64,000 nt of DNA from Gammaproteobacteria bacterium (GCA_919902765.1 CAKKRP010000023.1:744-64743); one strand, 5' to 3'. Counted from the first letter of the stretch, positions 18,106 through 29,330 are shown. Numbers and translations: made by a program. The notes: a model not told the origin generated them from the letters alone.

Positions 18106-19251
18106 GTGGTGTATTTAGACCACAATGCCAGCACTCCGTTGGACGCGCGGGTGCTGGAGGCGATGCAACCATTTTTGGTCGCCAACCATGCCAATGCCTC
18201 GGCCTTATATCGACAAGGGCGGGCGGCGCGAGCGGCGATAGAACTCGCGCGCGAACAAATCGCAGCCTTGGTGGGTGCCCATCCTACGCAGGTGATCTTC
18301 ACCAGCGGGGGGACCGAGGCCAATAACCTTGCCCTCAAGGGCGCGGTGCTGGGCATGGGCCTTAACAGTATCGTTGTATCGGGCATCGAGCACTCATCGA
18401 TATTACAGGCCGCCAACGCGTTACGGCGCCAAGGGCGGCGAGTGTTGGAAATGCCGGTCGATGGCGCAGGACGAGTCGATATCGCTGGCGCGCGCACCCG
18501 GCTTGCCGCAGGGCAATGGGTGACGCTGATGTGGGTCAACAATGAGACTGGCGTGATCCAAGATGTCTCAACGATGGCCGCAGCGGTGCGCGAGGCGGGG
18601 GCGTTTTTACATTGCGATGCCGTGCAGGCGGCGGGCAAGTTGAAGTTAGATTTCGAGGCCAGCGGCGCGCATGTTATAACGCTGTCGGCACATAAAATAT
18701 ATGGCCCCAAAGGGGTGGGCGCGATGGTGTTGGATCGCGCTTTAGATATAGAACCGTTGATCCACGGGGGGGGGCACGAACACGGTCTGCGCGCAGGCAC
18801 TGAAAATGTCGCAGGCATCGTGGGTTTTGGGTGTGCCGCGATGTTGGCTGCAGCGGAAATGGTCGCACAAGTAGCGCATGTGCGTGCATTGCGCGACATG
18901 TTCGAGGCTCAGTTGGCGGCGGCATTGCCGGAGATTACGCTATTCGGGCAGCACGCTCTGCGTGTGAGTAACACGAGTTTTATAGGCGTGCCCGGCATGC
19001 ATGGCGAAACCTTGTTGACCGCCTTGGATGCGGAAGGTTATGCCGTAGGTAGTGGCTCGGCGTGCGAGAGCAAGACCGGCCAGCCCAGCCATGTGTTGCT
19101 GGCCATGGGGGTTGCGCCAAGCTTGGCGGATGGCGCGCTACGGGTGAGTTTGGGCCACCACAACACGGCCGGCGAAGTGGCAGGATTGGTAACGGTTTTG
19201 GCGAATGTCGTCGCGCGATTTCGCAATATGGCGGCGATGCGTTTGGCCTGA
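18106..19251 (+). CDS. Second cysteine desulfurase (IscS/NifS-like paralog)
   Basis: YLDHNAST; FTSGGTEANN; [10 protein letters not shown]; GSGSAC. Confidence 0.9.
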   Translation: MVYLDHNASTPLDARVLEAMQPFLVANHANASALYRQGRAARAAIELAREQIAALVGAHPTQVIFTSGGTEANNLALKGAVLGMGLNSIVVSGIEHSSILQAANALRRQGRRVLEMPVDGAGRVDIAGARTRLAAGQWVTLMWVNNETGVIQDVSTMAAAVREAGAFLHCDAVQAAGKLKLDFEASGAHVITLSAHKIYGPKGVGAMVLDRALDIEPLIHGGGHEHGLRAGTENVAGIVGFGCAAMLAAAEMVAQVAHVRALRDMFEAQLAAALPEITLFGQHALRVSNTSFIGVPGMHGETLLTALDAEGYAVGSGSACESKTGQPSHVLLAMGVAPSLADGALRVSLGHHNTAGEVAGLVTVLANVVARFRNMAAMRLA

Positions 19252-19296
19252 TGGCAGGTACAGTAACATTGAGTGTTGAGCGTACGGAGTATTAAC

Positions 19297-20514
19297 ATGC
19301 GTTTGCCTATTTATCTTGATTATTCGGCAACCACCCCCGTGGACGTACGGGTCGCGGAAAAAATGGCGAAATGCCTGACGATGGAGGGTGCGTTTGGTAA
19401 TCCTGCGTCGCGTTCGCATGCCTTCGGTTGGGCCGCTGAAGAGGCGATAGACGAGGCGCGCGGACATGTCGCGGCGCTCATTAATGCCGATCCCAAAGAA
19501 ATCGTTTGGACCTCAGGCGCAACGGAGTCGAACAATTTAGCCATCAAGGGTGTGGCCCATTTTTACCAAAAAAAGGGCAAACACATCGTCACTTGCAAGA
19601 CTGAACACAAGGCGGTCTTGGATACGTGTCGCCAATTGGAGCGCGAAGGGTTTGAAGTGACTTATCTCGATCCTGAGCATAATGGATTGGTGGATTTAAA
19701 CAAATTGGAAGCGGCCTTGCGGCCGGACACGGTGCTCGTGTCGTTGATGCATGTGAATAATGAAATCGGCGTCATCCAAGACATCGGCGCCATCGGCGCG
19801 ATGACGCGTGCGCGCGGTATCTTATTGCATGTCGATGCGGCGCAAAGCGCGGGCAAAGTGCCTATCGACTTGGACGCCATGGCGGTCGATTTGATGTCGT
19901 TTTCCGCGCATAAGATCTACGGCCCGAAGGGGATGGGCGCATTATACGTGCGCCGCAAACCGCGCGTGCGTATTGAACCGCAAATGCATGGCGGTGGGCA
20001 TGAACGCGGTATGCGTTCCGGCACCTTAGCGACCCACCAAATCGTCGGCATGGGCGAGGCCTTCCGGATCGCGGGTTTAGAAATGGCGGCTGAAAATGAA
20101 CGCATCTTAGGTCTACGTAACCGTCTGTGGGCAGGCCTGCAAGGCATGGAAGAAATTCATTTGAACGGCGATATGCATGCGCGCGTGGCAGGCAATTTGA
20201 ACGTCAGTTTTAATTATGTCGAGGGTGAATCCTTAATCATGGCGCTGAAAGATATCGCAGTGTCATCCGGTTCGGCCTGTACCTCGGCCAGCTTGGAGCC
20301 CTCTTACGTGTTACGCGCCATCGGGCGTAGCGACGAGTTGGCGCATAGCTCCATACGGTTTACCTTGGGTCGTTATACAACGACTGAAGATGTGGACTAC
20401 ACGATCAAGTTAGTGCGCGATAAAGTCGCCAAATTACGTGAGCTATCGCCGCTGTGGGATATGTATAAAGAAGGTGTGGATATCTCCAAGATCCAATGGG
20501 CTGCCCACCACTAA
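19297..20514 (+). CDS. iscS: Cysteine desulfurase IscS
   Basis: [14 protein letters not shown]; [17 protein letters not shown]; [12 protein letters not shown] tail. Confidence 0.97.
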   Translation: MRLPIYLDYSATTPVDVRVAEKMAKCLTMEGAFGNPASRSHAFGWAAEEAIDEARGHVAALINADPKEIVWTSGATESNNLAIKGVAHFYQKKGKHIVTCKTEHKAVLDTCRQLEREGFEVTYLDPEHNGLVDLNKLEAALRPDTVLVSLMHVNNEIGVIQDIGAIGAMTRARGILLHVDAAQSAGKVPIDLDAMAVDLMSFSAHKIYGPKGMGALYVRRKPRVRIEPQMHGGGHERGMRSGTLATHQIVGMGEAFRIAGLEMAAENERILGLRNRLWAGLQGMEEIHLNGDMHARVAGNLNVSFNYVEGESLIMALKDIAVSSGSACTSASLEPSYVLRAIGRSDELAHSSIRFTLGRYTTTEDVDYTIKLVRDKVAKLRELSPLWDMYKEGVDISKIQWAAHH

Positions 20515-20649
20515 GATAGTGTTAGTGGCTAGGTAACGGGTGGTAAAAGTTGGGTTATTGATTTATATTGCGCGGTGCCCCTGGCCGAAGGGGATATAGC
20601 GCCGCTTATGGACGGCCGATATAGTAGTGTGAGCGAGGAGTAAAACATT

Positions 20650-21051
20650 ATGGCTTACAGCGATAAAGTATTAGATCATTATGAAAATCCGCGTAACGTG
20701 GGTTCGTTTACCAAAGACGATCCTAGCGTAGGAACTGGGATGGTAGGGGCACCTGCCTGTGGCGACGTGATGCGCCTGCAAATTAAGGTCAATGAGCTAG
20801 GCGTCATTGAAGATGCGCGTTTCAAGACCTATGGTTGCGGTTCCGCCATCGCGTCCAGTTCGTTGTTGACGGAATGGGTCAAGGGCAAAACCTTAGACCA
20901 GGCCCGCCAGATTAAAAACACCGATATCGCCACCGAATTGGCCCTGCCGCCGGTGAAGATCCATTGTTCGGTGCTCGCCGAAGACGCCATTAAGGCCGCC
21001 ATCGACGATTTCAAATCCAAGCAACATGCCGATGCGCAGAAATCCGCGTGA
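20650..21051 (+). CDS. iscU: Fe-S scaffold IscU
   Basis: [18 protein letters not shown]; LPPVKIHCS. Confidence 0.98.
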   Translation: MAYSDKVLDHYENPRNVGSFTKDDPSVGTGMVGAPACGDVMRLQIKVNELGVIEDARFKTYGCGSAIASSSLLTEWVKGKTLDQARQIKNTDIATELALPPVKIHCSVLAEDAIKAAIDDFKSKQHADAQKSA

Positions 21052-21053
21052 AT

Positions 21054-21377
21054 ATGAGCATCAGTCTTACCGAAGCGGCGGCAAACCGAGTTAGAACCTT
21101 CCTGCAAAAGCGTGGACGTGGCGCGGGTTTGCGTCTGGGCGTGCGCACCAGCGGGTGTTCCGGGTTGGCCTATGTGATGGAATACGCCGATCAGATCGAG
21201 CCTACCGACGAGGTCTTTGAAGAGCACGGCGTCAAGCTCATCGTGGACAAAAAAAGTCTGGTTTACCTCGATGGTACGCAAGTCGATTTCACCAAAGAAG
21301 GATTGAACGAGGGGTTTAAATTTAATAATCCCAACGTCAAGGGCGAATGTGGTTGCGGCGAGAGCTTTACCGTATAG
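21054..21377 (+). CDS. iscA: Fe-S carrier IscA
   Basis: TSGCSG; CGCGESF. Confidence 0.97.
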   Translation: MSISLTEAAANRVRTFLQKRGRGAGLRLGVRTSGCSGLAYVMEYADQIEPTDEVFEEHGVKLIVDKKSLVYLDGTQVDFTKEGLNEGFKFNNPNVKGECGCGESFTV

Positions 21378-21490
21378 TCGTAGCAGCTTTTTTTGCGCCT
21401 TTCAATATTAGTATTTAATAAAATAATGTTGTCTGTGCGGGAGACATTGCAGCGCGGTAAAATATCGCGTTGCCGGTTCGAGGATGGCCA

Positions 21491-22006
21491 ATGTACGACA
21501 ATGACTTCGCCTTGTTTGGCCTGCCAGTGGCGTTTGCGCTTGACACAGCGGTGTTGACGGCACGCTATCGTGACCTGCAACGCGCCGTACACCCCGATAA
21601 ATTCATCCAGGCCAGCGAGGCAGAGCGCGTGCTGGCCGTGCGCCAAGCGGCGCGTATCAATGACGCCTACCAACATTTAAAAACTCCCTTGGCGCGTGCG
21701 CAATATCTACTGACGCTGCATGGACACGGTTTAGTGGCAGAGCACGCGACGCTTAAAGACCCCGAGTTTTTGCTAGAGCAAATGGAATTGCGTGAGGCGT
21801 TGAGCGAGGCGGATAGTGCGGCATTGGCACGCCTGCAGATGCAAATTGAGCAGCGTTTGCAAACCTTAATTCAGGCATTGGAGAGCGGTTTCGCCGCCGC
21901 GCAGCCGGATTGGGCGCAGTTACAAGTGGTGGTGTTAAAAACGCAGTTTATGCACAAATTACGCAACGAGGCTGAGCTACGCGCTGAGCGCTTGTTGGGG
22001 ATGTAA
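21491..22006 (+). CDS. hscB: Co-chaperone HscB
   Basis: J-domain HPD; [12 protein letters not shown]. Confidence 0.94.
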   Translation: MYDNDFALFGLPVAFALDTAVLTARYRDLQRAVHPDKFIQASEAERVLAVRQAARINDAYQHLKTPLARAQYLLTLHGHGLVAEHATLKDPEFLLEQMELREALSEADSAALARLQMQIEQRLQTLIQALESGFAAAQPDWAQLQVVVLKTQFMHKLRNEAELRAERLLGM

Positions 22007-22026
22007 CCAGAGGTTTTAGACGTAGC

Positions 22027-23904
22027 ATGGCCTTATTACAAATTTCCGAACCGGGCGAATCCACCGCGCCGCATCAACATCGCTTAGCGGCGGGCATAGA
22101 CCTGGGCACCACGCATTCGTTGATCGCGACGGTGCGCAGTGGCGTGGCGGAGACCTTGCCCGATACGCAGGGCCGCCATCTATTGCCTTCAGTGGTCCGT
22201 TACATCGCGTCCGGCGCTGCCCCCGTCGTGGGCTGGGAGGCCATTGCGCAGGCGACGGAAGACCCGCATAACACGATTGCCTCCATTAAGCGTTTGATGG
22301 GGCGCGGTAGCGACGATGTGCGCGCGCTGCATGCGCGTTTGCCCTATGAATTCAATTTGAACGATGCCCGCGTGCCGCGTTTGCGCACCGCAGGGGGCGA
22401 GTTCAGCGCCATAGAAATCTCGGCCGAGATATTAAAAAATTTGCGCGTGCGCGGCGAACAAACGCTGGGAGGCGAACTGACTGGCGTGGTGATCACGGTG
22501 CCCGCATATTTTGACGACGCCCAACGTCAGGCCACTAAAGACGCCGCAAAATTGGCGGGCCTCAATGTCTATCGTTTGCTTAATGAACCGACGGCGGCGG
22601 CGGTCGCGTATGGTCTGGATAGCGGCACCGAGGGCGTAGTGGCGGTGTACGATTTAGGCGGGGGCACGTTTGATATCTCATTGTTACGCCTCAATCGCGG
22701 TATATTTGAGGTCTTGGCCACTGCCGGGGATACGGCGTTGGGTGGTGACGATATGGATCACGTCATCGCGGAATATTTATTACAACAGGCGGGCGTCACG
22801 CGTTCCGATATGGACGCCAAAGACTGGCGACGTTTGTTGCGCGATGCGCGGACCTATAAAGAGCGCTTGACGGATGCTCCGGCCGTCGCCGTGGAAGTAC
22901 GTACCGGCGAGCGTGTCGCGTACCAAGGTGAATTGTCGCGTACGCAATTTGAGGCCTTGATAGAAAATTTATTGCAGCGCACGCTAACGCCGTGTCGGCG
23001 TGTACTCCGCGATGCCGGTGTTGCCACCGCTGAAATCGTCCAAGTGGTGATGGTCGGCGGCGCCACGCGTACGCCACGCGTACGTGCGGCGGTAGAACAG
23101 TTTTTTGCGCGACCGCCGTTGGTCGATATCGATCCCGATAAGGTCGTCGCCATCGGTGCCGCGATACAGGCTAACACCTTGGCCGGGAATAAATCGGGCG
23201 ACGAATTATTATTGTTGGACGTGTTGCCCCTGAGTTTAGGCTTAGAGACCATGGGTGGCTTGGTCGAACAAATTATTCCGCGCAATACCACCTTGCCGGT
23301 GACGCGTGGGCAGGAATTCACGACCTTCAAAGACGGTCAAACCGCGATGGCCTTGCATATCGTGCAAGGTGAGCGCGATTTAGTCGCCGATTGCCGATCT
23401 TTAGCACGCTTTGAATTGCGCGGCATCATGCCGATGGTGGCGGGCATGGCGCGTGTTTTAGTCACCTTTCAAGTGGATGCCGATGGTTTGTTGAATGTCA
23501 GTGCGCGTGAACAATTCAGTGGTGTGGCGACCGATATTGTCGTTAAACCGTCTTACGGTTTGAAAGACGGCGAAATCGAACGCATGTTGCGCGATTCGTT
23601 TGAATACGCGCAAGTCGATGTGGTGCAGCGCCGTTTGCGTGAGCAGCAAGTCGAGACGGATCGCGAAATCGCCGCCGTCGCAACGGCCCTGGCGGTGGAT
23701 GGCGATCAACTGTTGTCGGCGTCCGAGCGTGTTGTCATTGAGGCCGCGCTGGCGGCGTTGAAACAAGCGCGCGCAGGCGACGACCCCATCGCCATGCAAG
23801 ATGCGGTCAAGGCGATGGAAAAAGCCGCGACAGACTACGTTGGACGGCGCATGAACAGCAATATACGCAAGGCCATGGCCGGTCATAAGATAGACGAATT
23901 TTAG
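22027..23904 (+). CDS. hscA: Chaperone HscA
   Basis: [10 protein letters not shown]; GIDLGTT; Hsp70 motifs. Confidence 0.97.
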   Translation: MALLQISEPGESTAPHQHRLAAGIDLGTTHSLIATVRSGVAETLPDTQGRHLLPSVVRYIASGAAPVVGWEAIAQATEDPHNTIASIKRLMGRGSDDVRALHARLPYEFNLNDARVPRLRTAGGEFSAIEISAEILKNLRVRGEQTLGGELTGVVITVPAYFDDAQRQATKDAAKLAGLNVYRLLNEPTAAAVAYGLDSGTEGVVAVYDLGGGTFDISLLRLNRGIFEVLATAGDTALGGDDMDHVIAEYLLQQAGVTRSDMDAKDWRRLLRDARTYKERLTDAPAVAVEVRTGERVAYQGELSRTQFEALIENLLQRTLTPCRRVLRDAGVATAEIVQVVMVGGATRTPRVRAAVEQFFARPPLVDIDPDKVVAIGAAIQANTLAGNKSGDELLLLDVLPLSLGLETMGGLVEQIIPRNTTLPVTRGQEFTTFKDGQTAMALHIVQGERDLVADCRSLARFELRGIMPMVAGMARVLVTFQVDADGLLNVSAREQFSGVATDIVVKPSYGLKDGEIERMLRDSFEYAQVDVVQRRLREQQVETDREIAAVATALAVDGDQLLSASERVVIEAALAALKQARAGDDPIAMQDAVKAMEKAATDYVGRRMNSNIRKAMAGHKIDEF

Positions 23905-23914
23905 TGAGTAGCCT

Positions 23915-24253
23915 ATGACCCAAATTATTGTATTACCGCATGTGGAGCTGTGTCCCGAGGGCGCAGTAATAGAGGTCAAACCCGGTGTTAGCGTGTGTGA
24001 CGCCTTATTGGACAATGGCATAGAGATCGAGCATGCGTGTGAAAAATCTTGCGCCTGTACGACCTGTCATATCTATGTGCGTGAAGGTGGGGACTCCTTG
24101 GCGGCGGCGACCGACGATGAAGAAGACATGTTAGACAAGGCATGGGGTTTAGACACGGATTCGCGCCTGAGTTGTCAGGCCTTGGTCGGCAAGGACAATC
24201 TTGTCGTAGAGATTCCCAGATATACGATCAATATGGTCTCCGAACATCACTGA
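23915..24253 (+). CDS. fdx: ISC [2Fe-2S] ferredoxin
   Basis: [13 protein letters not shown]; SRLSCQ. Confidence 0.97.
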   Translation: MTQIIVLPHVELCPEGAVIEVKPGVSVCDALLDNGIEIEHACEKSCACTTCHIYVREGGDSLAAATDDEEDMLDKAWGLDTDSRLSCQALVGKDNLVVEIPRYTINMVSEHH

Positions 24254-24264
24254 GAGGTAGCGTT

Positions 24265-24465
24265 ATGAGCATCAAATGGACGGATACGCGCGACATCGCC
24301 ATCGCCTTGGATGAGGCGCATCCGGATATCGATCCGCAATTTGTGCGCTTCACCGATTTGCATCAATGGGTGGTCGGGTTAGAAGATTTTAGCGACGACC
24401 CCCAGCGTTCTAATGAAAAAATATTGGAAGCGATACAAATGACCTGGTTGGAAGAGCGCGGTTAA
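24265..24465 (+). CDS. iscX: Fe-S assembly protein IscX
   Basis: [13 protein letters not shown]; VRFTDLH; [10 protein letters not shown]. Confidence 0.95.
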   Translation: MSIKWTDTRDIAIALDEAHPDIDPQFVRFTDLHQWVVGLEDFSDDPQRSNEKILEAIQMTWLEERG

Positions 24466-24474
24466 ATAATTTAT

Positions 24475-24993
24475 TTACCAACTGATGTACGCGTATCCCT
24501 TGTGTTGCAATTCCATCAATGCCGCCGCGCCTACGTCGATGATTTCTGCAAACGGGACTAAATCTTCCGCTGTCAATTTTAAAGACCGCATCGTATTACC
24601 GCAGGCGACAAATTTAACCCCATATTGATGCAAACTCGAAACGCGTTCCTGCGTTTCCTTGGCGACCGGGCGCGTGGGTTTTTTGGCCAGAATTTGCAGG
24701 CCGGGACCTATGCAGACCACTACAATGGCGATATCGTCGGTATATTTGCGCAACATCGCGCCGATGGAAAACAACACACTGTTGTGATAATCCGCCTCGC
24801 TTTTATTAAATTGATAGACGACCTTGTTGGGTGGTTCTTCGCCGGGAAACCGCAAGGTGTTTTCTTCCGCTTTGACACTTGTGTGCAACGCGACGGCCAG
24901 ACCGCCGCCTGCGACTAACTGGCCAAGCAAGCGCCGTCGCACCTTATTGTAGGGCTGGGTGATCAAGCGATTTAGGTAGGTGGATTTAGCCAT
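24475..24993 (-). CDS. Tat-exported DsrE/DsrF-like (COG1416-type) protein
   Basis: VRRRLLG...VKA signal; KVVYQ; GPGL; FVACGNTM; L.ELQ.KGYAYI. Confidence 0.8.
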   Translation of the reverse strand: MAKSTYLNRLITQPYNKVRRRLLGQLVAGGGLAVALHTSVKAEENTLRFPGEEPPNKVVYQFNKSEADYHNSVLFSIGAMLRKYTDDIAIVVVCIGPGLQILAKKPTRPVAKETQERVSSLHQYGVKFVACGNTMRSLKLTAEDLVPFAEIIDVGAAALMELQHKGYAYISW

Positions 24994-25178
24994 AGCAGCG
25001 CCCTCGTCAGGTGGTTCCCTAAAGTGATATGCAACTAAAGTAGCATGAAAGCGCGAGCCTTCCTACGAGCGACGTGAAATAACCGGGTTACACTCCACTT
25101 GTAATATTATAACTAATTGATTATAAAAGGTAAAAAGTAATTAGTGTAGGCGGGCTCGCGCGGTGTACATTAATTGAT

Positions 25179-25204
25179 TGTTACAAACTGAAACACTCTG
25201 TTAC
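25179..25204. promoter_or_regulatory. Tandem OmpR/CpxR-type binding boxes upstream of the spy-like gene
   Basis: TGTTAC, TGAAAC and TGTTAC at an exact 10-bp period (25179, 25189, 25199). Confidence 0.55.
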
Positions 25205-25291
25205 CTGAGCGCAAAGAATGTGACGGCGGCTTGCTTTATTCTAAACGGGTCATCATGTGATGATATTGAATTACGACACAAGGAGATGAAT

Positions 25292-25750
25292 ATGCAACGT
25301 CCTTATCGCGCAATTATTGTGGTCACTCTGTTGGCGGCCGGTGCGGCGCTGGCGGCCGGGTGTACGCATTGGAGGCACAAAAATCCGGAAGAGCATGCGG
25401 CGTACATGGTGGAGAAGACCACTAAAAAGCTTGATTTGAATGCGCCGCAGATCGCCAAACTAAATGTGTTGCGCGATCAAATACTGGCGGTGGCGAAGGA
25501 ACATAAGCAAGTGCATGCGACTATGCACAAAGATGTGTTGTCATTATTCTCGCAGCCTACGTTTGATCGCCAGGGCGTCACGAATATGGTAAGCGAACGT
25601 ACTAAGACGGTCAACGAGAAAGCGCCCGCCATCATCAATGCATTTGGTGATTTCTATGATAGCTTGGATGCCAAACAACAGGCCAAATTAAAGGAGTTTT
25701 TAGAAGATCGTATGGAACATTTCGGAGCGGGCATGCACGGTACCGACTAA
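25292..25750 (+). CDS. Spy/CpxP-family periplasmic chaperone, probable lipoprotein
   Basis: AGGAG RBS; LAAGC lipobox; LDLNAPQ and SLDAKQQ (LTxxQ-like) motifs. Confidence 0.8.
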   Translation: MQRPYRAIIVVTLLAAGAALAAGCTHWRHKNPEEHAAYMVEKTTKKLDLNAPQIAKLNVLRDQILAVAKEHKQVHATMHKDVLSLFSQPTFDRQGVTNMVSERTKTVNEKAPAIINAFGDFYDSLDAKQQAKLKEFLEDRMEHFGAGMHGTD

Positions 25751-25763
25751 AGTTGGCGCTGTG

Positions 25764-25797
25764 AAGACATCCCCGTCTTGCGGGGATGTCTTTTTGT
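25764..25797 (+). terminator. Intrinsic terminator
   Basis: AAGACATCCCCG-TCTTG-CGGGGATGTCTT followed by a T-run. Confidence 0.85.
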
Positions 25798-25858
25798 TTG
25801 TGCGCAATGGGCGTAGAGGCAGCCTATACTGTAATGCCGAACAGGGAGAAATAGACGT

Positions 25859-26533
25859 ATGGGGCACCTGCTGCTAATCGATGACGATGAGCGTTTGGCG
25901 GCGCTGTTGGCGCGATATTTTGAGCGATTTCAATTGACCATGGACAGTGCCGTAACGCCTAGCGATGGGCTGCGGAAATTGCGCGGTCACCACTATGATA
26001 TGGTCATACTCGATGTGATGCTCCCAGAGCAAGATGGGTTTGAAGTCTGCAAAAATATACGTAAATTCAGCGCCGTTCCCATCATCATGTTAACCGCGCG
26101 TGGCGAGGTGACGGACCGTGTGGTCGGACTGGAGTTGGGCGCGGACGATTACCTGGCCAAACCTTTTGAGCCGCGCGAATTAGTGGCAAGAATTCAAAAT
26201 GTGCTGAAACGTATAGTACGCACAGGTACCGGCGGTGCGTTACTAAAATATGAGCGTTTGACGATAGACACAGACACGCAGTTGGTGAGTGCGGATGGTA
26301 AAGACGTGGCATTCAGTGCGCTGGAGTATCAATTTTTAATATTGCTCGCGCAACATCCGAATAAGGTCTTTAGCCGGGATGAGATATTAAATGAACTAAA
26401 AGGGATAGATGCGGATATTTACACAAGATCCGTCGATATATTAGTTAGTCGCGTGCGCCAAAAAATCGCCCCTCTTGAATTGATTAAAACGGTGCGCGGA
26501 GCGGGCTATTGCTTCACGGGTAAGCCGCTATGA
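25859..26533 (+). CDS. OmpR-family response regulator (CpxR-like)
   Basis: LIDDD; LDVMLP; GADDYLAKPF; winged helix KTVRGAGY. Confidence 0.93.
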   Translation: MGHLLLIDDDERLAALLARYFERFQLTMDSAVTPSDGLRKLRGHHYDMVILDVMLPEQDGFEVCKNIRKFSAVPIIMLTARGEVTDRVVGLELGADDYLAKPFEPRELVARIQNVLKRIVRTGTGGALLKYERLTIDTDTQLVSADGKDVAFSALEYQFLILLAQHPNKVFSRDEILNELKGIDADIYTRSVDILVSRVRQKIAPLELIKTVRGAGYCFTGKPL

Positions 26534-27873
26534 GGGCCATGGCGCGCAATACACTCTTAGAAAAATACCTGCCTCGCTCGATCAAGGCGCGGGTCTCATT
26601 GCTGTTTTTGGCGATGGCGGCGGTGTTCGCTTTAGTGTTGGCCGGCATTATCGCCTGGGCGATGCGCGATCATTTTAACCAGACGGTTAGGCCGCACTTA
26701 GAGCAATATCTGGAATATGTGCGTGCTGATATCGGCAATCCGCCCAACCTTGAGCGCGCGCGCGAGATTGCACTGCGAGTGCCCGTGGAAATAGCGGTGC
26801 AGGGTGCGAACGTGCGGTGGTCGTCGAGTGGGCGTCAGGTAGATATAGACGCGATAAAAGAGCATCGGCGTTTTATATTAAACGGTGTTCAATATTTTAC
26901 CGGGGAATATGGAGAGCGTGAATATTTGGTGACGCGTTATCCTGATAGTACGGTCGTTTTTTCTATTCCGCATCCGCACCACGAATCCGGCTGGCGCAGG
27001 GTCGCGCCCTTTGCAGTGTTGCTGATATTATTTTTTGGGTTTTATCACATTATGCGTTATTTTTTTGCGCCCGTAGCGACATTAAAAGAAGGGATACAAA
27101 AAATCGGTAGTGGCGAGCTGACTCACCGCATCGTAGTGCCGCGCCGGGATGAATTGGGGGAATTGGCGATCAGTATTAATGCGATGGCTGACGACATAGA
27201 AAAAATCCTCGATGCAAAGCGCCAGCTCCTGTTGGCGATCAGCCATGAATTGCGCACGCCGGTGACGCGCGCCAGGGTGTCCGCAGCGATGGTGGAAGAC
27301 GCCCGGCAAAGGACTGATTTAGAGCGCGATCTAGTGGAGATAGACCGTTTAATAGAAGAATTGCTCGAGGCGGAACGCCTCAGCGTTCAACATGCCATAC
27401 TGCACAAAGCACAGCTAGATCTATGCCGTTTAGTGCATGAGCTTAGTACACCGTACATCGAACGCGGCGTGGATGTAGCGTGCGCGGGTCCGGTAGTGTT
27501 AATGCTAGACGAGGTGCGTATAAAAATATTGTTAAGAAACTTGCTCGACAATGCCTTTAGCCATGGACAAAGCGGCTACCGCGCGCCTACGCTACGCGTG
27601 AAAGCGACAGGTAACGAGGTTGTTTTGGAAGTGCGTGATTATGGTCGCGGCGTGGATAAAACCCAGCTGGCGCAATTGACCCAACCTTTTTACCGCGCCG
27701 ATGCCGCGCGTCGCCGTGCGACCGGTGGGCATGGTTTGGGCCTGTATTTATGCCGCAAGATCGTCGAGGCGCACGGCGGTCGTTTGGAAATCTCTAGTGA
27801 AATCAACGCGGGCCTGGTCATTAAGGCGATTCTTCCGCGCGCTCAGGGTGAATTATTGTCACCCGTGGAATAA
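26530..27873 (+). CDS. HAMP sensor histidine kinase
   Basis: Two TM segments; SHELRTP; NLLDNA; GHGLGL. Confidence 0.93.
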   Translation: MRAMARNTLLEKYLPRSIKARVSLLFLAMAAVFALVLAGIIAWAMRDHFNQTVRPHLEQYLEYVRADIGNPPNLERAREIALRVPVEIAVQGANVRWSSSGRQVDIDAIKEHRRFILNGVQYFTGEYGEREYLVTRYPDSTVVFSIPHPHHESGWRRVAPFAVLLILFFGFYHIMRYFFAPVATLKEGIQKIGSGELTHRIVVPRRDELGELAISINAMADDIEKILDAKRQLLLAISHELRTPVTRARVSAAMVEDARQRTDLERDLVEIDRLIEELLEAERLSVQHAILHKAQLDLCRLVHELSTPYIERGVDVACAGPVVLMLDEVRIKILLRNLLDNAFSHGQSGYRAPTLRVKATGNEVVLEVRDYGRGVDKTQLAQLTQPFYRADAARRRATGGHGLGLYLCRKIVEAHGGRLEISSEINAGLVIKAILPRAQGELLSPVE

Positions 27874-27892
27874 CTTCGTTGTGTAACCTGTT
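27867..27892 (+). promoter_or_regulatory. Possible autoregulatory ECF promoter
   Basis: GGAAT-N17-TGTT about 40 nt upstream of the ECF sigma start. Confidence 0.4.
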
Positions 27893-27933
27893 TATCCTTG
27901 TAGAGATATCTCGGACACACCTGCGAAGGACAC

Positions 27934-28434
27934 ATGAGCAAGTTTGAAGAATTAATCGTTGAGCAGATACCACGTCTACGGCGTTATGCGCGGGCCTTGG
28001 TGGGTGAGCGCGCGCGTGCCGACGATCTTGTGCAGGATACGCTGGAACGTGCGTGGACGCGCTTTCATTTGTGGCGGCACGGCAGCAATTTGCGCGCCTG
28101 GTTGTTTACGGTGATGCATAACGTATTTGTCAACCAGTACCGCAACGGCGATCGCGGGCGAACTTCTTCATTGGATGAAAATTTTGAAATTCCTATGCGC
28201 GATGGTAGCGAAGTATCTATGCAGATGCGTGACCTACACAATTCATTGGCACAATTACCGGATGATTTTCGCGAAGTAATATTATTAGTCGGCGTAGAGC
28301 AGTTGACTTATGAAGAGGTCTCTGAAGTGTTAAATATCCCATTGGGTACTGTGATGTCGCGACTTTCGCGTGCCCGCGAAAAATTACATGTCTTGATGTC
28401 CGGTCAAGTGAAGCCGTTGCGGAGAATCAAATGA
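27934..28434 (+). CDS. ECF sigma factor (PrtI/ECF26-like)
   Basis: IPRLRRYARAL; ADDLVQDTLERA; GTVMSRLSRAR. Confidence 0.92.
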   Translation: MSKFEELIVEQIPRLRRYARALVGERARADDLVQDTLERAWTRFHLWRHGSNLRAWLFTVMHNVFVNQYRNGDRGRTSSLDENFEIPMRDGSEVSMQMRDLHNSLAQLPDDFREVILLVGVEQLTYEEVSEVLNIPLGTVMSRLSRAREKLHVLMSGQVKPLRRIK

Positions 28435-29189
28435 CGAATGTGCATCCAGTAACAGAAAATGATTTGCACGCATACGTGGATCAACGTTTAGACCCGGCGC
28501 GGCATGCGCAGGTGGAGGCCTATTTGGCGGCGCATCCAGAGGCCGCCACGCAAGTGCTGATTTATCGCGAGCAAAAAACCTTGTTGCGTAATGCGTTTGA
28601 TCCCGTACTGGCGGAGCCTATTCCCAAACACATGCTAAAAGCGCGTAGCCGACGCTGGGGGCGGCCTCAATTATTAGCGGTTGCCGCTTCGTTAACGATG
28701 GGCGTGAGCATAGGTTGGTGGGTACACGGCGAGACGGCGTTAAAAAAGAATGCGTTATTGGTGTCCTTGCCGATGCAGGCAACGGTAGCGCACGCGGTAT
28801 ATACAACGGAGGTATTGCATCCGGTCGAAGTCGGCGCGGATCAGCAAGACCACCTGGTAAAATGGCTGTCGAAGCGACTCAATAAACCGCTGCATGCACC
28901 GGTGCTGCAGCATGCCGGTTATCAATTGGAAGGCGGGCGTTTACTCCCGGGAAATAGCGGTCCTGCCGCGCAATTTATGTATCGCGACAGCGCCGGGCAA
29001 CGTTTGACTTTGTATTTGCGTAAAGCCTTGGCGGAGAATTCCGATACGGCGTTTCGCTATGCGCGAGAAAGCGGCGTCAGCGTTTTCTATTGGGTCGATG
29101 GCGATATGGCCTATGCGCTATCAGGCGACATCGCGCGCGAAAAATTATTGATTGTAGCGGATGCGGTGTATCGGGATTTGATGAAATAG
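28431..29189 (+). CDS. Transmembrane anti-sigma factor (PrtR-like)
   Basis: DLHAYVD; single TM; HPVEV...HLVKWLSKRL...GGRLLP; coupled to the sigma gene. Confidence 0.88.
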   Translation: MTNVHPVTENDLHAYVDQRLDPARHAQVEAYLAAHPEAATQVLIYREQKTLLRNAFDPVLAEPIPKHMLKARSRRWGRPQLLAVAASLTMGVSIGWWVHGETALKKNALLVSLPMQATVAHAVYTTEVLHPVEVGADQQDHLVKWLSKRLNKPLHAPVLQHAGYQLEGGRLLPGNSGPAAQFMYRDSAGQRLTLYLRKALAENSDTAFRYARESGVSVFYWVDGDMAYALSGDIAREKLLIVADAVYRDLMK

Positions 29190-29265
29190 ATACGCCATCG
29201 CGGGCTTACGTTGCGTAGGCGATATCTCACGCATGCCGGTGGCGTCCACGTAGGAGTTTGTCGGG

Positions 29266-29294
29266 TTGACTATTGAACAGCGTTCAAATATATT
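29266..29294 (+). promoter_or_regulatory. sigma70 promoter with a palindromic operator in the spacer (probable TetR autoregulation)
   Basis: TTGACT-N17-TATATT with TTGAAC-AGC-GTTCAA at 29273-29287. Confidence 0.7.
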
Positions 29295-29330
29295 TTGCGC
29301 ACGTTACAATCGTATACAAAAGGGAGGCGT

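Noticed and set aside
18015-18899. Long antisense ORFs (also 11384..12193, 48891..49514, 55102..55662)
   Set aside because: Reverse-frame shadows of well-supported genes, expected at this GC content.
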